Position numbers and translations under genes: made by a program | The notes under the pieces: model-generated | Told to the model about the DNA's origin: nothing | Seen by the model: only the letters and a program-made list of their open reading frames with translations | The model's database searches: none | DNA from: Malacoraja senta | Taxonomy: Eukaryota | DNA length: 60,000 nucleotides | Direction: 5' to 3' | NCBI GenBank assembly: GCA_038087875.1 | Contig: CM075990.1 | Coordinates: 6,264,001-6,324,000, forward strand | Shown: positions 1-13,023 of the stretch, one piece after another | How the letters are laid out: every line of letters begins with the position of its first letter | How positions within the stretch are numbered: the first letter of the stretch is position 1

Positions 1-285
1 GAAGATATTGTTTGAAAATATTTTTATTTTCTCTTCCCAACCCCAAAAGGAAACGTCTTAAATAACACAATGTCAGCCTTGTCTGATGTTCTCTGCGTTC
101 CAGGATATATGTAAACTTCAATCTCACTGACTAATCAGTGCTGTGCTAACTCACTCTTCCTCTTTGTTGTCTTGTAGCATTTATATTCTTTATGTTTTTA
201 TGTGTTATCTGAGTCTATATGCATCCGATGCTGCTGCAAGCAAGATTTTCATTGTACTTTTACATATGACAATAAACTTGACTTG

Positions 286-488
286 TAGAAACAAAGAACT
301 CCTTTATACCAAAGATAGATACAAAGTGCTACAGTAACGCAGCGGGTCAGGCAGCATCTCTGGAGAACATGGATATGTGACGTTTAAGTCTGAAGAAGGG
401 CACCGACCCAAAATATCACCTATCCTTTTTCTCCAGAGATGCTGTCTGACCCGCTGAGTTACTTCAGCAATTTGTGTCTATCTTTCGT
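286..488. mobile_element. Palindromic Penelope-derived short repeat (inverted pair)
   Basis: aaagatagatacaaagtgct...cagcatctctggagaa followed by its reverse complement; flanked by direct cttgacttg (277-285, 489-497). Confidence 0.7.
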
Positions 489-989
489 CTTGACTTGCAG
501 TTCTCTGCCTGTAAGTGACCAATGGACGGTGTGATTGATTGAGTGAGGGTGATTCATTTGAGGTGCCAGCATGTCCTACGCCAAGATTCCCTACGCCACA
601 CCTTTTCTCCTCGAACAACATGACATTTGTGGTTTCTCACTTTGTGTGTGTTGACTGCCATATATATCCCAGTACAGGCTCTACATGCGTTATCAGCATT
701 TTGTGTATGGACAGCCTGTACCAATGAGCAGGTGTGTGGGAGATCAGTGGGGTGGATTTGCCAGCTGCTGCCAGCATCTTCTGCCATGTGGGAACAAGGC
801 ACTCCCGTCTGCCTTTTTTCTCCTTCCCACTGGTGCCTGCCCACAGCCCAAGCTGCTACACTTGGAGGCTGTGTGGAGTAAAGCAGAGTTGGGCAGACTC
901 ACTCCCTCACTCGCCAAGTCAGTGAGTCCAGCTGGCGACCACTCGGCCCGCGCCTGCTTGCTCTCCCGTCACAGCTGTTTCGGTTGCAA

Positions 990-1378
990 ACAATTCTCTG
1001 ATGAGAGGGGATCTTATTGAAACAGATAAGATTATTAAGGGTTTGGACACGCTAGAGGCAGGAAACATGTTCCCCGATGTTGGGGGAGTCCAGAACCAGG
1101 GGCCACAGTTTAAGAATAAGGAGTAAGCCATTCAGAACGGAGACGAGGAAACACTTTTTCTCACAGAGAGTGGTGAGTCTGTGGAATTCTCTGCCTCAGA
1201 GGGCGGTGGAGGCCGGTTCTCTGAATACTTTCAAGAGAGAGCTGGATAGGGCTCTTAAAGATAGCCGAGTCAGGGATATGGGGAGAAGGCAGGAACGGGG
1301 TACTGATTGGGGATTATCAGCCATGATCACATTGAATGGCTCGAAGGGCCGAATGGCCTACTCCTGCACCTATTGTCT
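990..1378 (+). mobile_element. CR1/HER1-like LINE 3' fragment
   Basis: Encodes ..RTRGHSLRIRSKPFRTETRKHFFSQRVVSLWNSLP.. (CR1 ORF2 C-terminus) plus gggccgaatggcctactcctg tail. Confidence 0.85.
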
Positions 1379-2071
1379 AGAACAGAACTCTGCTGTAACC
1401 TGGGGACTTCTTTTAGTAAATACCCTTGAAAGTACGTGGTTCTCTGTAAAGCATTCCATAGTCATCCTGATGTCAGGAAATTAGGCATTAATATCAATTT
1501 GCCTGATCTTCAAAAAGCAATGTGGCACAATTTAGGCTGCTACATCCCCCAGAAGTAAGGTGGATGGATGCATCTTATTAAACTATTCATTGGGGCTATG
1601 CAGCTGAATTTCTGTGCACATCTGATGTTGTGGAGGAAGATTTGCCCAATTCCCTCATTGATCTTGTCAGTGCATGACCCTGTGTGAAGCCCAAGCACCT
1701 GGTCTCAGCGGGTCTTGCGTTTGCCATCCCACCTGTGTTGATCCAGTGCAAGAGATTTCACAGTGGTTGTCCGAGCTAGGTGAAAGGAGGCTCATTCCAG
1801 GATACTGGAATATGGGTGTGTTTGGGCATGAAATGAAGAAGGAATAGAGATGGTGAGGCTGGGAGAGAGACCCCCGAATGCACTCCCTATCCATTGATCT
1901 TGGTCGTATTCAGTATATGTGCTCCCTTCTAAATACCCCTTCTTGCATTGCCTCGTTCATCCGCCTCGTAATCTTAATGTTTGGACACTGTCACTTTCCC
2001 CAACTATTCCCACTGGCTCATCGTTCCATTCCATGTCAAGCACCCCAAGAGGGGATGACTGGAGGTAGACC

Positions 2072-2375
2072 ATGGGCGGCATGTGGTGCAGCGGTAAAGC
2101 TACTGCCTTACAGCGCCAGGGACCCAGGTTCGATCCTGACTACGGGTGCTTGTCTGTATGGTGTTTGTACGTTCTCCCCGTGACTTGCGTGGGTTTTCTC
2201 CGGTTTCCTCCCACACTCCAAAGACATACAGGTTTGTAGGTTAATTGGCTTGGTGTAAATGTAAAATTGTCCCTAGTATGTGCTGGGTAGTGTTAATGTG
2301 CGGGGATCGCTGGTCGGTGCGGACTCGGTGGGCTGAAGAGCCTGTTTCCGCGCTGTATCTCTAAACTAAACTAAA
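2072..2375 (+). mobile_element. tRNA-derived V-SINE (HE1-like)
   Basis: tRNA-like head (ggtgcagcggta...ggttcgatcc), V-domain (gtttgtacgttctccccgtg...ttcctcccacactccaaagac), CR1-type tail with (taaac)n. Confidence 0.85.
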
Positions 2376-2486
2376 CATATGACACTCAAGTCAACTCTAT
2401 CATTCATGAGCTTACATTGATCTGAAGGTTCATTATGTTAATTGAAGATTTTGTTGAATTAAATTTATCTCTGACTTTCTTCCAAG

Positions 2487-2594
2487 GTATTGGAATTGAT
2501 GGGGGAAATAACAAGGATCGGAACGACAAAGGGAAACAGATCTGTATCATTAAAAGAAATGGTAAAATAAAGTTATTGGAAGAGGAAGTAAGCA
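2487..2594 (+). CDS. GFPT1: GFPT exon (human exon 3 equivalent), glutaminase domain
   Basis: ttccaag|GT...AGCA|gtaagt, 108 nt, encodes GIGIDGGNNKDRNDKGKQICIIKRNGKIKLLEEEVS. Confidence 0.92.
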
Positions 2595-2700
2595 GTAAGT
2601 ACATTCTTGATTTAAAGTGGAAAGATTTTTCATGGTTATTTTTAACAACTCATAATCTCAAGAGATTTATTGCGATGTAAACTTGCTTTGATAAGATTAA

Positions 2701-2924
2701 AGGGCCTGTCCCACTTGGGCATCATTTGCGCGTCATTTACCCGACATCATTTACGCGTCGTGAAAGCACGTGAAGCGCGCATGGCGTGCATTACGCGCAC
2801 ATGGTGCGTGGTGACGTAGGCAGTGACACGCAGTCGCGCGCCGCGCCCCAGGATTTTGTGATTCACAAAATCTTCGCACGCCACCTGCGTGACGCGCAAA
2901 TGCCGCCCAAGTGGGACAGGCCCT
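2701..2924. mobile_element. Non-autonomous DNA transposon (MITE), CpG-rich, AGGGCCTGTCCCACTT TIRs
   Basis: TIRs agggcctgtcccacttgggc / gcccaagtgggacaggccct; second copy at 56583-56805. Confidence 0.85.
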
Positions 2925-3117
2925 TCACTAATGTGGAATTACACAGATTTTACAACACTATTTGCAATCAGATGGATATGCAGGGAATGGAGGGATATGA
3001 ATCTGTGCAGGGAGATAAGATTAGTTTCACTTGGCATCATGTTCGTCAAGGACATTGTGGACCAAAAGGCCAGTTCTTGTGCTGTACTGTTTTTATTTAG
3101 ATTTAGTTTTAGAGATA

Positions 3118-3606
3118 CAGCGCAGAAACAGGGTTCGATCCCGACTACGGGTGCTGTCTGTACGGAGTTTGTACATTCTCCCCATGACCACGTGGGTTTT
3201 CACCGAGATCTTCGGTTTCCTCCCACACCCCAAAGACGTACAGGTTTGTAGGTTAATTGGCTTGGTGTAAGTGTAAATTGTCTCTAGTGTGTGTAGGACA
3301 GTGTTAATGTGCGGGGAATGCTGGTTGGCACAGACTCAGTGGGCCGAAGGGCCTATTTCTGCGCTGAATCTATCAAACTAAAACAATATTAACACCATCC
3401 TACACACATTAGGGACAATTTACAGTGTATCAAGCCAATTAACCTACAAACCTGAACGTCTTTGGATTGTGGGAACACCTGGAGAAAACCCACGCAGGTC
3501 ACGGGGAGAACGTACAAACTCCGTACAGACAGTAGCCGGAATCGAACCCAGGTCTCTGGCGCTGTAAGCGCCATCAGGCAGCAACTCTACTGCTGCGCCA
3601 CCGTGC
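3118..3606. mobile_element. Two V-SINE copies tail-to-tail (+ 3118-3385, - 3389-3606)
   Basis: V-domain on + strand followed immediately by its reverse complement. Confidence 0.8.
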
Positions 3607-4829
3607 GTGCTGTTCTATGTTCTAACTCAACATCTGGGCCATTCAGGCAGCTAGTTTGTTTGGTTTTAGTTCAGTTTATTCGTTTAATTTAGTTTATTAG
3701 TTTATTATTGTCACGTGTACCGTGAACCATGTCACCGTGTCGCTAGGTAAAGTGAAAAGCTTTTTGTTGCGTGCTATCCAGTCAATGAAAAGACTGTATA
3801 TGATTACAATCTAGCCGTTCACAGTGTACAGATGCTGGATAAAATATTTAGTGCAAGATAAAGTCCAATAAGCTCCAATTAAAGATAGTTTGAAGATCTC
3901 CAATGAGGTAGATGGGAGTCCAGGACCGCACTTTAGCTGATGAGAGGACGGTTCAATTGCCTGATTGTTTGTACTCCATCAAATCTTTTCCCTATTTCTT
4001 TCTCAATCTGGAAATTAATGTTGTTGCTTTTGTCAAGATCCTTCCTGTAACTGAAGCTATTTTGACTTTTTTCTATTTACAAGAAAAATAAGATCAATAC
4101 AGTTCTGAGAATCTTTTTTTGTGCAAAGGTAAAGCTGCTTGTAATTTAACTTGGCCCTAACTCTGCAAATGCAGTATGGGAACGATACAGAGTAAAGCAA
4201 CAAAAAAAATGCAATCAAAATTTTCTGGTATCCTCCTGGCCTTCCACAGTTTACCCATCATCAATTAATGTTGAATAGTATGTGACTTCTGAGGGTTTAA
4301 CTCCACAAGTTTAAAAGACCTTCTCTTCCCACCAACTCAGTTCTAATAACTAGTGGAAGTTAATACTGTCAGCTGGAACATTAATGACCCAACAGCTTTG
4401 AGACAAAGTGCTGTGAGCTTCACATATCTGGACATTTTTACAAAATCATTGAGGAAATTTTGCGCAAGGACAAGAGTAATAAAACTTCTAATTTTAGAAA
4501 TTAAATTCTCTTTTAGCGCAGAACTAGGTAACTGTTGCATTCTAGTCAGAAGTCTGCAATTTAGTGTGGGCCGAAGGGCCCGTTCCTACGCTGTACAAGT
4601 TCAAATCCCAGTTTCAATATTTCGATGTTATTCTGTGTGATCGCTGCACTGTTGGAACCACCAATATTTTTAACATTTAATTGAGCACCCCTCCCTCACC
4701 TCAGGTGGGATGTAAAGATGCAATGGTCCCGTTTTGAAATGGACTTCTTTCCATTGTTCTGCCAATGTATTTTGATTCTTCCATCAACAGTACAGTTTAA
4801 ACTGACTAGACGATTTACTCCTAATTTTT

Positions 4830-5140
4830 TTTTTTAGTATAGTGTTTAGATATACAGCACAGAAACAGGCCCTTTGGCCCACTGAGTCTGCACCGACCAA
4901 CGATTCCCACACACTTACGCAATCCTACACACACTAGGGACAATTTACAATTATATCAAGCCCATTAACCTACAAACCTGAACGTTTTTGGAGTGTGGGA
5001 GGAACACCTGGAGAAAACCCACGCAGGTCACGGGGAGAATGTACAAGCTCCATGCAGACAGCACCCGTAGTCAGGATCGAACCCGGGTCTCTGGTGCTGT
5101 AAGGCAACAACTCTACCGCTGTGCCAACCTGCAGCCGTGT
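4830..5140 (-). mobile_element. V-SINE (HE1-like)
   Basis: Reverse complement of the 2072-2375 family. Confidence 0.8.
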
Positions 5141-6179
5141 ACCCCTGATTTAGTTTAGTTTAATTTGGTGACTTATTCCCCGCAAATGCCTGAAGCCATC
5201 AGCTTGAAGTATCGATCAGGGCATCAGCCACGAAGTCTGCGAAAGTACTCGGGCTGATTTAGGATGACCTGAAACAAGAAGAAAAAGGGAGAGCAAAATG
5301 CCGTTCAGCCCCTCTGGCTTGTTCTGTAATGCTATGACCATTCTCCTGCCCTATCCCCGCAGTCTTCAATTCGATTCAAAACAGACTAATGGATTTCTGG
5401 CTATGAATGTGTTTGAGTTTCTAATGTAGAGAATTCCGCAGGTTCGCTGCCCTTTGAATGCAGAACATAGTTTAAGTTTATTATCGTCTGATTTACCAAG
5501 GTAGTGTGAAAAGCCTTTTTCTTTGTGCATACTATCCAATCCGATCAGATAACCCTATACAGAAATACAGTCATATCAAACCTAAGTACAAAACAGCAAA
5601 GTATAATATACAGAGTGCAGGTATAGTTCTCAGCATTGTAGCACATCAGTTCCATAGACAAAGTCCAATGCCCACAATGGGATTGAGGTGAATCGGCTCA
5701 GAACCCTAGCTTAGAACTTTCTACTCCTTTCTTCCTACTAAATAGTCTGCACTTCATTGTGGGTCTTTGTGTTCCTCAATTCCAGATAACTTGGCCAAGA
5801 AAAAACATCTTTTTTTAAAAATCGTAATATCAACACTGAGCCTATTGTGAATTTTGTACTTTTCATTGAGGTAAATTTTCATTCCCCCAAATTCCAAAGA
5901 ATGCAGCCTCATTTACGCATGTGAAGACCTGGCATCTCAGGAGATCTTCTTACATTCCAGTTGTGGCAAGTATATTATTTTTGTCAGGTAGGAATATCAA
6001 ATTAATACACGCTATGCCAGGTATTGTCCAGTCAGAGTTTTAGGTGATTGTCGTAGAGTCACACAGTGCAGAAATAGTTCCTTTGGCCCAACTTGTCCGT
6101 GCCGACCAGCGAGCCTGTCTGTAAATGCGAAGTCTGCTGCTGTCACACTATGGTAAATATGTTCTGATTTTCTTTCCAG

Positions 6180-6305
6180 AACAAGAGGATATTGACTTTG
6201 ATGTTGAATATGAAACACATTTTGCTGCTGCTCATATTCGCTGGGCAACGCATGGTGTTCCTAATATAGTCAACGCTCACCCACAGAGGTCGGATAAGGA
6301 CAATG
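6180..6305 (+). CDS. GFPT1: GFPT exon 4 equivalent, copy A
   Basis: tttccag|...|gtgagt, 126 nt, [42 protein letters not shown]. Confidence 0.93.
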
Positions 6306-6625
6306 GTGAGTGTGCGTGCCCCCCCACCATTTCAACGGACAACCATTCACTTGCACCTCGGAGGCAGTTACTCTGCCGCTGTGTCGCCTGTACGTGCTAA
6401 AGGATGCACTGAAGCTTGGTCCAGTGAACCAGTCCTTCCCCCACTGGACACTGAAGGACTGGTTCACGCATAACAACCCGCAAACACTCGCAGGGTTTAT
6501 TGTTCAAGGAGGTCACGTGAGTGGCATTGGTGCATTGTACACAGGATGTATTAACTGATGCCACTATCAATGTGTGGGCTTGAGGCATTGAACGTAAAGA
6601 ATGCCAGGCTCTGTCGTATTTCCTG

Positions 6626-6759
6626 AATCTAATTTTTACAACTTTTATATATATAATATATATAATTTTTATACATTTAAAATATATATAATATATATAA
6701 AAATCTAATTTTTATAACTTTTATATATATATATATATGTTGTAAAAATTAGATTTTTA

Positions 6760-6800
<41 letters not shown>

Positions 6801-6822
6801 AAAATTATAAAAATTATAACTT
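6626..6822. repeat. AT-rich (TA)n tract with internal direct and inverted repeats (copy B about 16956-17152)
   Basis: aatctaatttttacaac ... gttgtaaaaattagatt inverted pair among (TA)n runs. Confidence 0.8.
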
Positions 6823-6955
6823 CTAATCAAGGACATGAACATTTACTGATATAAGTCTTAATAATTTGACGCCGACCGTAGACTAAGACCGTACTTAATA
6901 TATTGTGCTTTTCTTGTCTCTTCCTTGCAGTGATGTTTCTGTTTTTAATCTGCAG

Positions 6956-7014
6956 AGTTCATCGTTATTCATAATGGCATCATTACCAACCACAAGAATC
7001 TGCGGAAGTTCCTG
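6956..7014 (+). CDS. GFPT1: GFPT exon 5 equivalent, copy A
   Basis: ctgcag|...|gtaagc, 59 nt, EFIVIHNGIITNHKNLRKFL. Confidence 0.93.
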
Positions 7015-7096
7015 GTAAGCCCTCAATAACCAAGTATTGACTTTCAAAGCATCCTTACCATGTGAAACATAGTTATTCCCTCATCTGGAAGTTATC

Positions 7097-7302
7097 TGGT
7101 GGCACTGTGGTGTAGCGGTAGAGTTGCTGCCTTACAGCTCTTGCAGCGCCGGAGGCCCGGGCGCTGTCTGTACGGAGTTTGCACGTTCTCCCTGTGACCG
7201 CGTGGGTTTTCTCCGAAATCTCCGGTTTCCTCCCACACTCCAAAGACATGCAGGTATGTAGGCTAATTGGCTTGGCTTTTATGTAAATTGCCCCCAGTGT
7301 GT
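7097..7302 (+). mobile_element. V-SINE, partial (copy B about 17428-17633)
   Basis: tRNA-like head and V-domain. Confidence 0.75.
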
Positions 7303-7685
7303 AAAAGTTTTTGTTTGTGGTTTGATGCTAATTGCCACAAGTTTAAATTTTGATGAACACAGTTGTTCTCCAATTCTGCTCGTCCTCTGCCCCCCTTCCA
7401 GTTGCCTTTTATGCTTGTGCCTGACCTTTTAACTGCCTTGATATTCCTCCAGAACCCCTGCTTATAATGTTCTGTCTCCCTTTTTAAAAGCCTCAGCCAA
7501 ACTTGCTGATGCCCTTTCACCTTCCCCGGCGCACTCTCATTTCACTGAACCCTTTCATGTGACAACATTGGAGGCCTTCACAAGAGGCCTTCACTCAGTT
7601 GCTGGTGTTGGAGGCCTTCACTCAGTTGCTGGTGTCATTGGACGTGACTCTTTCGTGCAATTGTTTTTTCTCTCTCTCCCTTCAG

Positions 7686-7820
7686 GAAAGCCAAGGCTAC
7701 GGGTTTGAGTCAGAGACCGATACCGAGTCTATTGCCAAGCTGATCAAATACGTCTACGACAACAGTGAGAATGAGGAGATCAGCTTTGCCACTTTGGTGG
7801 AGAGAGTTATCCAGCAACTG
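7686..7820 (+). CDS. GFPT1: GFPT exon 6 equivalent, copy A
   Basis: cttcag|...|gtgagt, 135 nt, [45 protein letters not shown]. Confidence 0.93.
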
Positions 7821-9150
7821 GTGAGTGAGAATTGCAGAGTTTGTACCCACCTTGAGTTTTTTTGTTAAAATGTGTGCCTGTAATATTTTCATTATTGATG
7901 ACGACATTGAAGGAGGCCATTCAGGCCACAGAGTCTACGGCAGCTCTCGGTGCAATCCCATGAGTCTTATTTATTTCACTGTGACCTGATCTATAATAAT
8001 AATAATAATAGATTTTATTTATATAGCGCTTTTCAGGACTCAAAGTCACTTGCCTATCAGCTCCTTCCAATTCTCTTAAGCTTCCCCCCCCCCCCCCTCG
8101 CCTTCCCCCACATACACGAGAACTAGTCTGAAGAAGGTTCCCAACCCGAAACGCCACCCATCCATTTCCTCCAGAGATGCTGCCTGACCCGCAGAGTTGT
8201 GTGCTATGTCTATCTTTGGTATAAACCAACATCTGCAGTTCCTTTCCACACTAGGGGCAGTTGACAGAGATCTCTTAACTTATTCTCTACCTATCAGTTC
8301 TGCCTAGTTGTCTTGCCCTCCACATGCCCTGCACGTTGTCAGTGGGCAGAGAACAAGGTTCTCCCTGTGATGATGTGGACTTCCCTCAGGGGTTCTGGTT
8401 TCCTCCCATACACAATAGGTGCACGCGTAGGCCATTTGGCCCTTCAAGCCAGCACCGCCATTCAATGTGATCATGGCTGATAATCCCCAATCAGTACCCC
8501 GTTCCTGCCTTCTCCCCATATCCCTTGACTCCGCTATCTTTAAGAGCCCTATCTAACTGCGACACCTACGGCATGTAGGTATGTGAATTGACCACTGGAC
8601 GTTGTATCCAAAGTAACCGCTTGGTGGAATCTGGAGCGAGTTAATGGGAATTAGGGGAATATAAAAATGATGTTGGTGTAAATGGGTGGTTGATGGTTAG
8701 CTGGGACTCTGTTGGCAGAAAGGCCTGTTTCTATGGTGTGCGACTCTGAGATTCTGTCGGGTGAGTAACCTCTGTGATGACAATGACATTGCCACTGGCC
8801 AAAGATCCAAACTAGTTTGGTCTGGGCTTGTTTTAATTACAGTAGAGAGCAGTGTCAGTCATCAGTGCACTGAAGCAGAGATAGACACAAAATGCTGGAG
8901 CAACTCAGTGGGGCAGGCAGCATCTCTGGAGAGAAGGAATGGGTGACCTTTCGGGTCGAGACCCTTCTTCAGACGAGGGGGGAAGCGTAAGAGAATTGGA
9001 AGGAGCAGAGATCAAGTCACTGCACTGATTCAGTGCACGGAAGCATCTGTCTAAGCTTGTGCGAGAGCTGACAACGGGTTCATTCCTCCCTTGGAACGGG
9101 CTGCTTAGCTTAGGTGCTGTTTGCAAACCGCTTTCAAAGCAAAATTCAGT

Positions 9151-9276
9151 CTGAAGAAGGGTCTCGACCCAAAACGCCGCCTATTCCTTCTCTCCATAGA
9201 TGCTGCCTCACCAGCTGAGTTTCTCCAGCATTTTTGTCAACCTTCGATATTTTCAGCATCTGCAGTTCTTTCTTAA
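9151..9276 (+). mobile_element. Penelope-derived short repeat beginning at a degenerate hammerhead core
   Basis: Starts ctgaagaagggtctcgacccaaaacg; flanked by 17-bp direct repeat tcaaagcaaaattcagt (9134-9150, 9277-9293). Confidence 0.75.
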
Positions 9277-9414
9277 TCAAAGCAAAATTCAGTGCCTTTC
9301 AGCTGCCCATGCAATTGAACCACACTAGTTGCTCAATAAAGTTGAGAGCGTGTTTTCAGATTTTAGTTTGGAAATGCATTGCATTCTTCATTGACGACTG
9401 TGCTTGTTTTACAG

Positions 9415-9476
9415 GAAGGTGCCTTTGCCTTGGTGTTCAAGAGTGTCCACTTCCCAGGACAAGCCGTCTGCACCAG
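9415..9476 (+). CDS. GFPT1: GFPT exon 7 equivalent, copy A
   Basis: ttacag|...|gtaaag, 62 nt, [20 protein letters not shown]. Confidence 0.93.
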
Positions 9477-9559
9477 GTAAAGCACCACAGTTCTGGACCT
9501 TAGGGGGAGGTTTTCATGCATTTTATACACAGTTTATCAAATACAGCTAACCTAGCCTC

Positions 9560-10150
9560 AGTACTGGAAAGTCGAAGATAGACACAAAAAGCTGGAGCAA
9601 CTCAGCTGAACAGGCAGCATCTCTGGAGAGAAGGAATGGGTGACGTTTCGGGTCGAGACCCTTCTTCAGACTGGTTAGGGATAAGGGGAAAAGGGAGATA
9701 TAGACGGTGATGTGGAGAGCTAAAGAACAATGACTGAAAGATATGTAAAAAAGTAACGATGATAAAGGAAGCAGGCTATTGTTAGCTGTTTGTTGGGTGA
9801 AAACGAGAAGCTAGTGCGACTTGGGTGGGGGAGGGATGGAGAGAGAGAGAGAATGCCGGAGCGATCTGAAGTTAGAGAAATCAATATTCACGTCTGAAGA
9901 AGGGTCTCAACCTGAAACATCACCCTTTCCTTCTCTCCAGAGATGCTGCCAGTCCTGCTGAGTTACTCCAGTTTTTTATGTCTATCATCAATATTCATAC
10001 CATTGGGCTGTAAGCTGCCCGAGCGAAATTTGAGATGCTCTTCCTCCAATTTGCATTTAGCCTCACTCTTGACAATGGAGAAGACCTAGGACAGAAAGGT
10101 CTGTGTGAGAATGGGAAGGAGAATTAAAGTGTTTAGCAACAGGGAGATCA
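9560..10150 (-). mobile_element. Penelope-like element 3' fragment (GIY-YIG ORF end + 3' repeat), interrupted by a + strand short repeat at 9891-9986
   Basis: Minus strand encodes ..KLEEEHLKFRSGSLQPNGMNIDFSNFR, typical of the end of a PLE ORF; inner insert flanked by atcaatattca (9880-9890, 9987-9997). Confidence 0.75.
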
Positions 10151-10269
10151 AAAAGTCCTTTGTCATTGGAGGAGCTGCATATCAGCAGTGGAATGGAACC
10201 TGTGAGGTGTGTCAGTGAGCTGTGTTCTACAGAACAGTGAGGAAGGCACTGTCCTGGCAGAGACTAGAC

Positions 10270-10806
10270 CAGGGGTGGGGAACCTTTTCATGTTGGAATG
10301 CCGCATTAAGTTAGCTGTAATCTAACAAGGCCGCATCCAAGAAACTTCAATTAGATATACTTCAAAATGTACATTATTTTGTAAAAATCGAACTACTAAG
10401 TACTAACTTCAAGAAAATGAAAAAAAATTGTTAATTCTAAAGTTAACTAACCTTTTAATAACTTTGTTGTGACTGCTTATTGTGGGAGGTTAACGTACAT
10501 TCTAGAGTCACATTAGAACTAAATCATGAGCATAACAGGTGTTAAAATAGCCCTCATGACTTACTAATGTTTTAATTGTGGCCATCAGTCGGGGAGGATT
10601 ATTTCATTGAATCTTCTTTTACACTTTGGTATTTTAAATACATTCATTTTGAGATAAAAATAAAAAGAATAAAAGACGAACAAAAACATATTAATAAAAT
10701 TTAAATAAAAGGATTTGTTCTACAAAATTTGGATTCATTCAAAAGGCCGCACTTAATGGCCTAGAAGGCCGCATGCAGCCTTAAGGCCGCAGGTTCCCCA
10801 CCCCTG
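10270..10806 (+). mobile_element. hAT (Charlie-like) MITE (copy B 20617-21153)
   Basis: TIRs caggggtggggaacct / aggttccccacccctg; 8-bp TSD gactagac/gactagat. Confidence 0.88.
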
Positions 10807-13023
10807 GACTAGATTGTCCTCTCCCGCTTCCACTGTGTCCCAGACTGGTTCGGTCTGCTTCTTCTATCCTCGTCCATGCCCTTGACCCTCTGGATGAAGG
10901 GTCCCAATTCTCTGGTGGTCAGCCTTACTTAACCTTCAGCTTATCCAAAGCTCCCCTTACAACTCCCATTCCTGCCAACTCCCATTCACTGTTCTGCACT
11001 GCCTCCCAGTCTGGAAGCATGCCCTATTTTGTAACAATGTCAGCTTTTGTGTTCAAGTTCCTCCATCCCCTTTCCACACAGTATCACCATCACTTTCTCA
11101 ATCATACCACCCGCCCTCCACCTCTATTTCCCTCTCCACCCTAAATATTGAAAGTGGGGGCTTTGGGGAGAAGGCAGGAGAATGGGGTTGGGAGAGATAG
11201 ATCAGCCACGATTGAATGGCAGGGTAGACTTGATGGGCCGAATGGCCTAAATCTGCTCATATCACTCATAACTCATGGAGGCATTTCAGCTTTGGAGTCG
11301 CCTGACCTTGTGCTCGATTAAAGCTGCTCCACTCAGCCTGCATCTCCCCCCCCCCACCTCCAAAATAGGGCTGTCCTTAAACGTAAAGGTCATGCAGTGA
11401 AAAGAAGAGTTAATTTGGCACAACACAACAAAATCAAACCACCCCATTACCGCAGGTGGCCATGGTACAAGCTTGTTGGAGGTAGTCCGTCTGATGTCAG
11501 TGGGAGTTTGGGTAGGTTTTTTGGTCAGTGGGATCACAGATTCAAGAACCATTCAAGTTCCCAGGTGGGGAAGTCAGAAGAATGGAAGTTTGAGCTGTAC
11601 ATTGCTTCCATCTGCACGGCTGCTTGCAGCTTATAGTCATAGAGTCATATTGCGTGGGAAACAGGCCCTTTGGCCCAACTTGCCCACACCGGCCAACATG
11701 TCCCAGCTATACTAGCCCCACCTGTTCCACTATTTCCTTTAGGAAGGAGATGAGGACACATTTCTTTAGTCAGAGGGTGGTGAATCTGTGGAATTCCTTG
11801 CGACAGAAGGCTGCAGAGGTCAAATCAGTGGATATTTTTAAGGCATAGATAGATTGATTTTTGAATAGTACAGGTGTCAGAGGTTATGGGGAGAATGGGG
11901 TTAGAAGGGAGAGATAGATCAGCCATGATTGAATGGTGGAGTAAACTTGATGGGCCGAATGGCCTAATTCTACTCTTACGACCTGCCTGCATTTGGCCCA
12001 TATCCCTCTAAACCTGTACTATCCATGTACCAATCTTAACTGTTTCTTAAAAGTTGCGATAGTCCCTGCCTCAACTACCTCTTCTGACAGCACGTTCCAC
12101 ACACCCAGCAGCCTTTGTATGAAGACATTACCCCTCAGATTCCTTTAAATCTTTTCCCATTCACCTTAAACCTATGTCCTCTTGTCCTCGATTCCCCCTA
12201 CTCTGGGCAAGAGACTCTGTGTATCTACCCAATCTATTTCTTCCATGATTTTATATACATCTTCTACAAGGATGTATTTAAACAGACTGACAGGAATGTC
12301 AGGAATGTATTCACAAAGGCTGTGGGGTGGCAGCCTTGTGCTTTCAGGCTTCAGGACATGTTACTTACAGTACAAATCTGTAGGAAAGTCGAATGGAAAG
12401 ATTGACTCAATGATGGCCATTCTTGGCAAAATGTATACGTCTGTTGGCAAATCCACAGGAATTTTTTAGCACAGTTGCCACCTACGTATCTGACAAAACC
12501 AGCTGCACTCTGCTTACACTGTGGTCGATGTGTATGTTTATACGGTGTGGCAGTGGGCAAGATAAAACTAATCCCCAAAACCAACTCCACTGAAACCTGC
12601 AAGCTTTGCTCAATGGAGCTTAAGAGTAATATGGCCATTGACAGGAAACAGTTGAGTTATTTTTATGATTTTGACCAGCCTTCAATATAAACCTTTCAGC
12701 AATCTGAAGTTCTCTGTCCTTCCAAGTTGCATAACTTAACTCTCTTTTTAAACACCAAAGGTGATCCAAAGATTTTGCTTTTATGCTGTTAATTCTAGTT
12801 ACTACTTAAGAAATGCACTTTTTTTTTTGAGAAGATGATTGTTCCTGGGACGTGGAGATGAATGGAGAGACAAGTATGGTCTTGTCTTTCAAAAGATGGT
12901 GGTGAATCTCCTTGAACATCTGCAGCCCATGTGGTGTCTGAACTCCCACAGAGCTAGTAGGTTGGGGAGCTGCATGATTTTGACCCGTGATGAGCCAGGA
13001 ATGGTGGATATATGTCCAAGCAA

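Noticed and set aside
7568..7636. CRISPR-like or functional repeat array (27-bp unit gaggccttcactcagttgctggtgttg)
   Set aside because: Only about 2.5 adjacent copies with no spacers in a vertebrate intron; simple slippage duplication.
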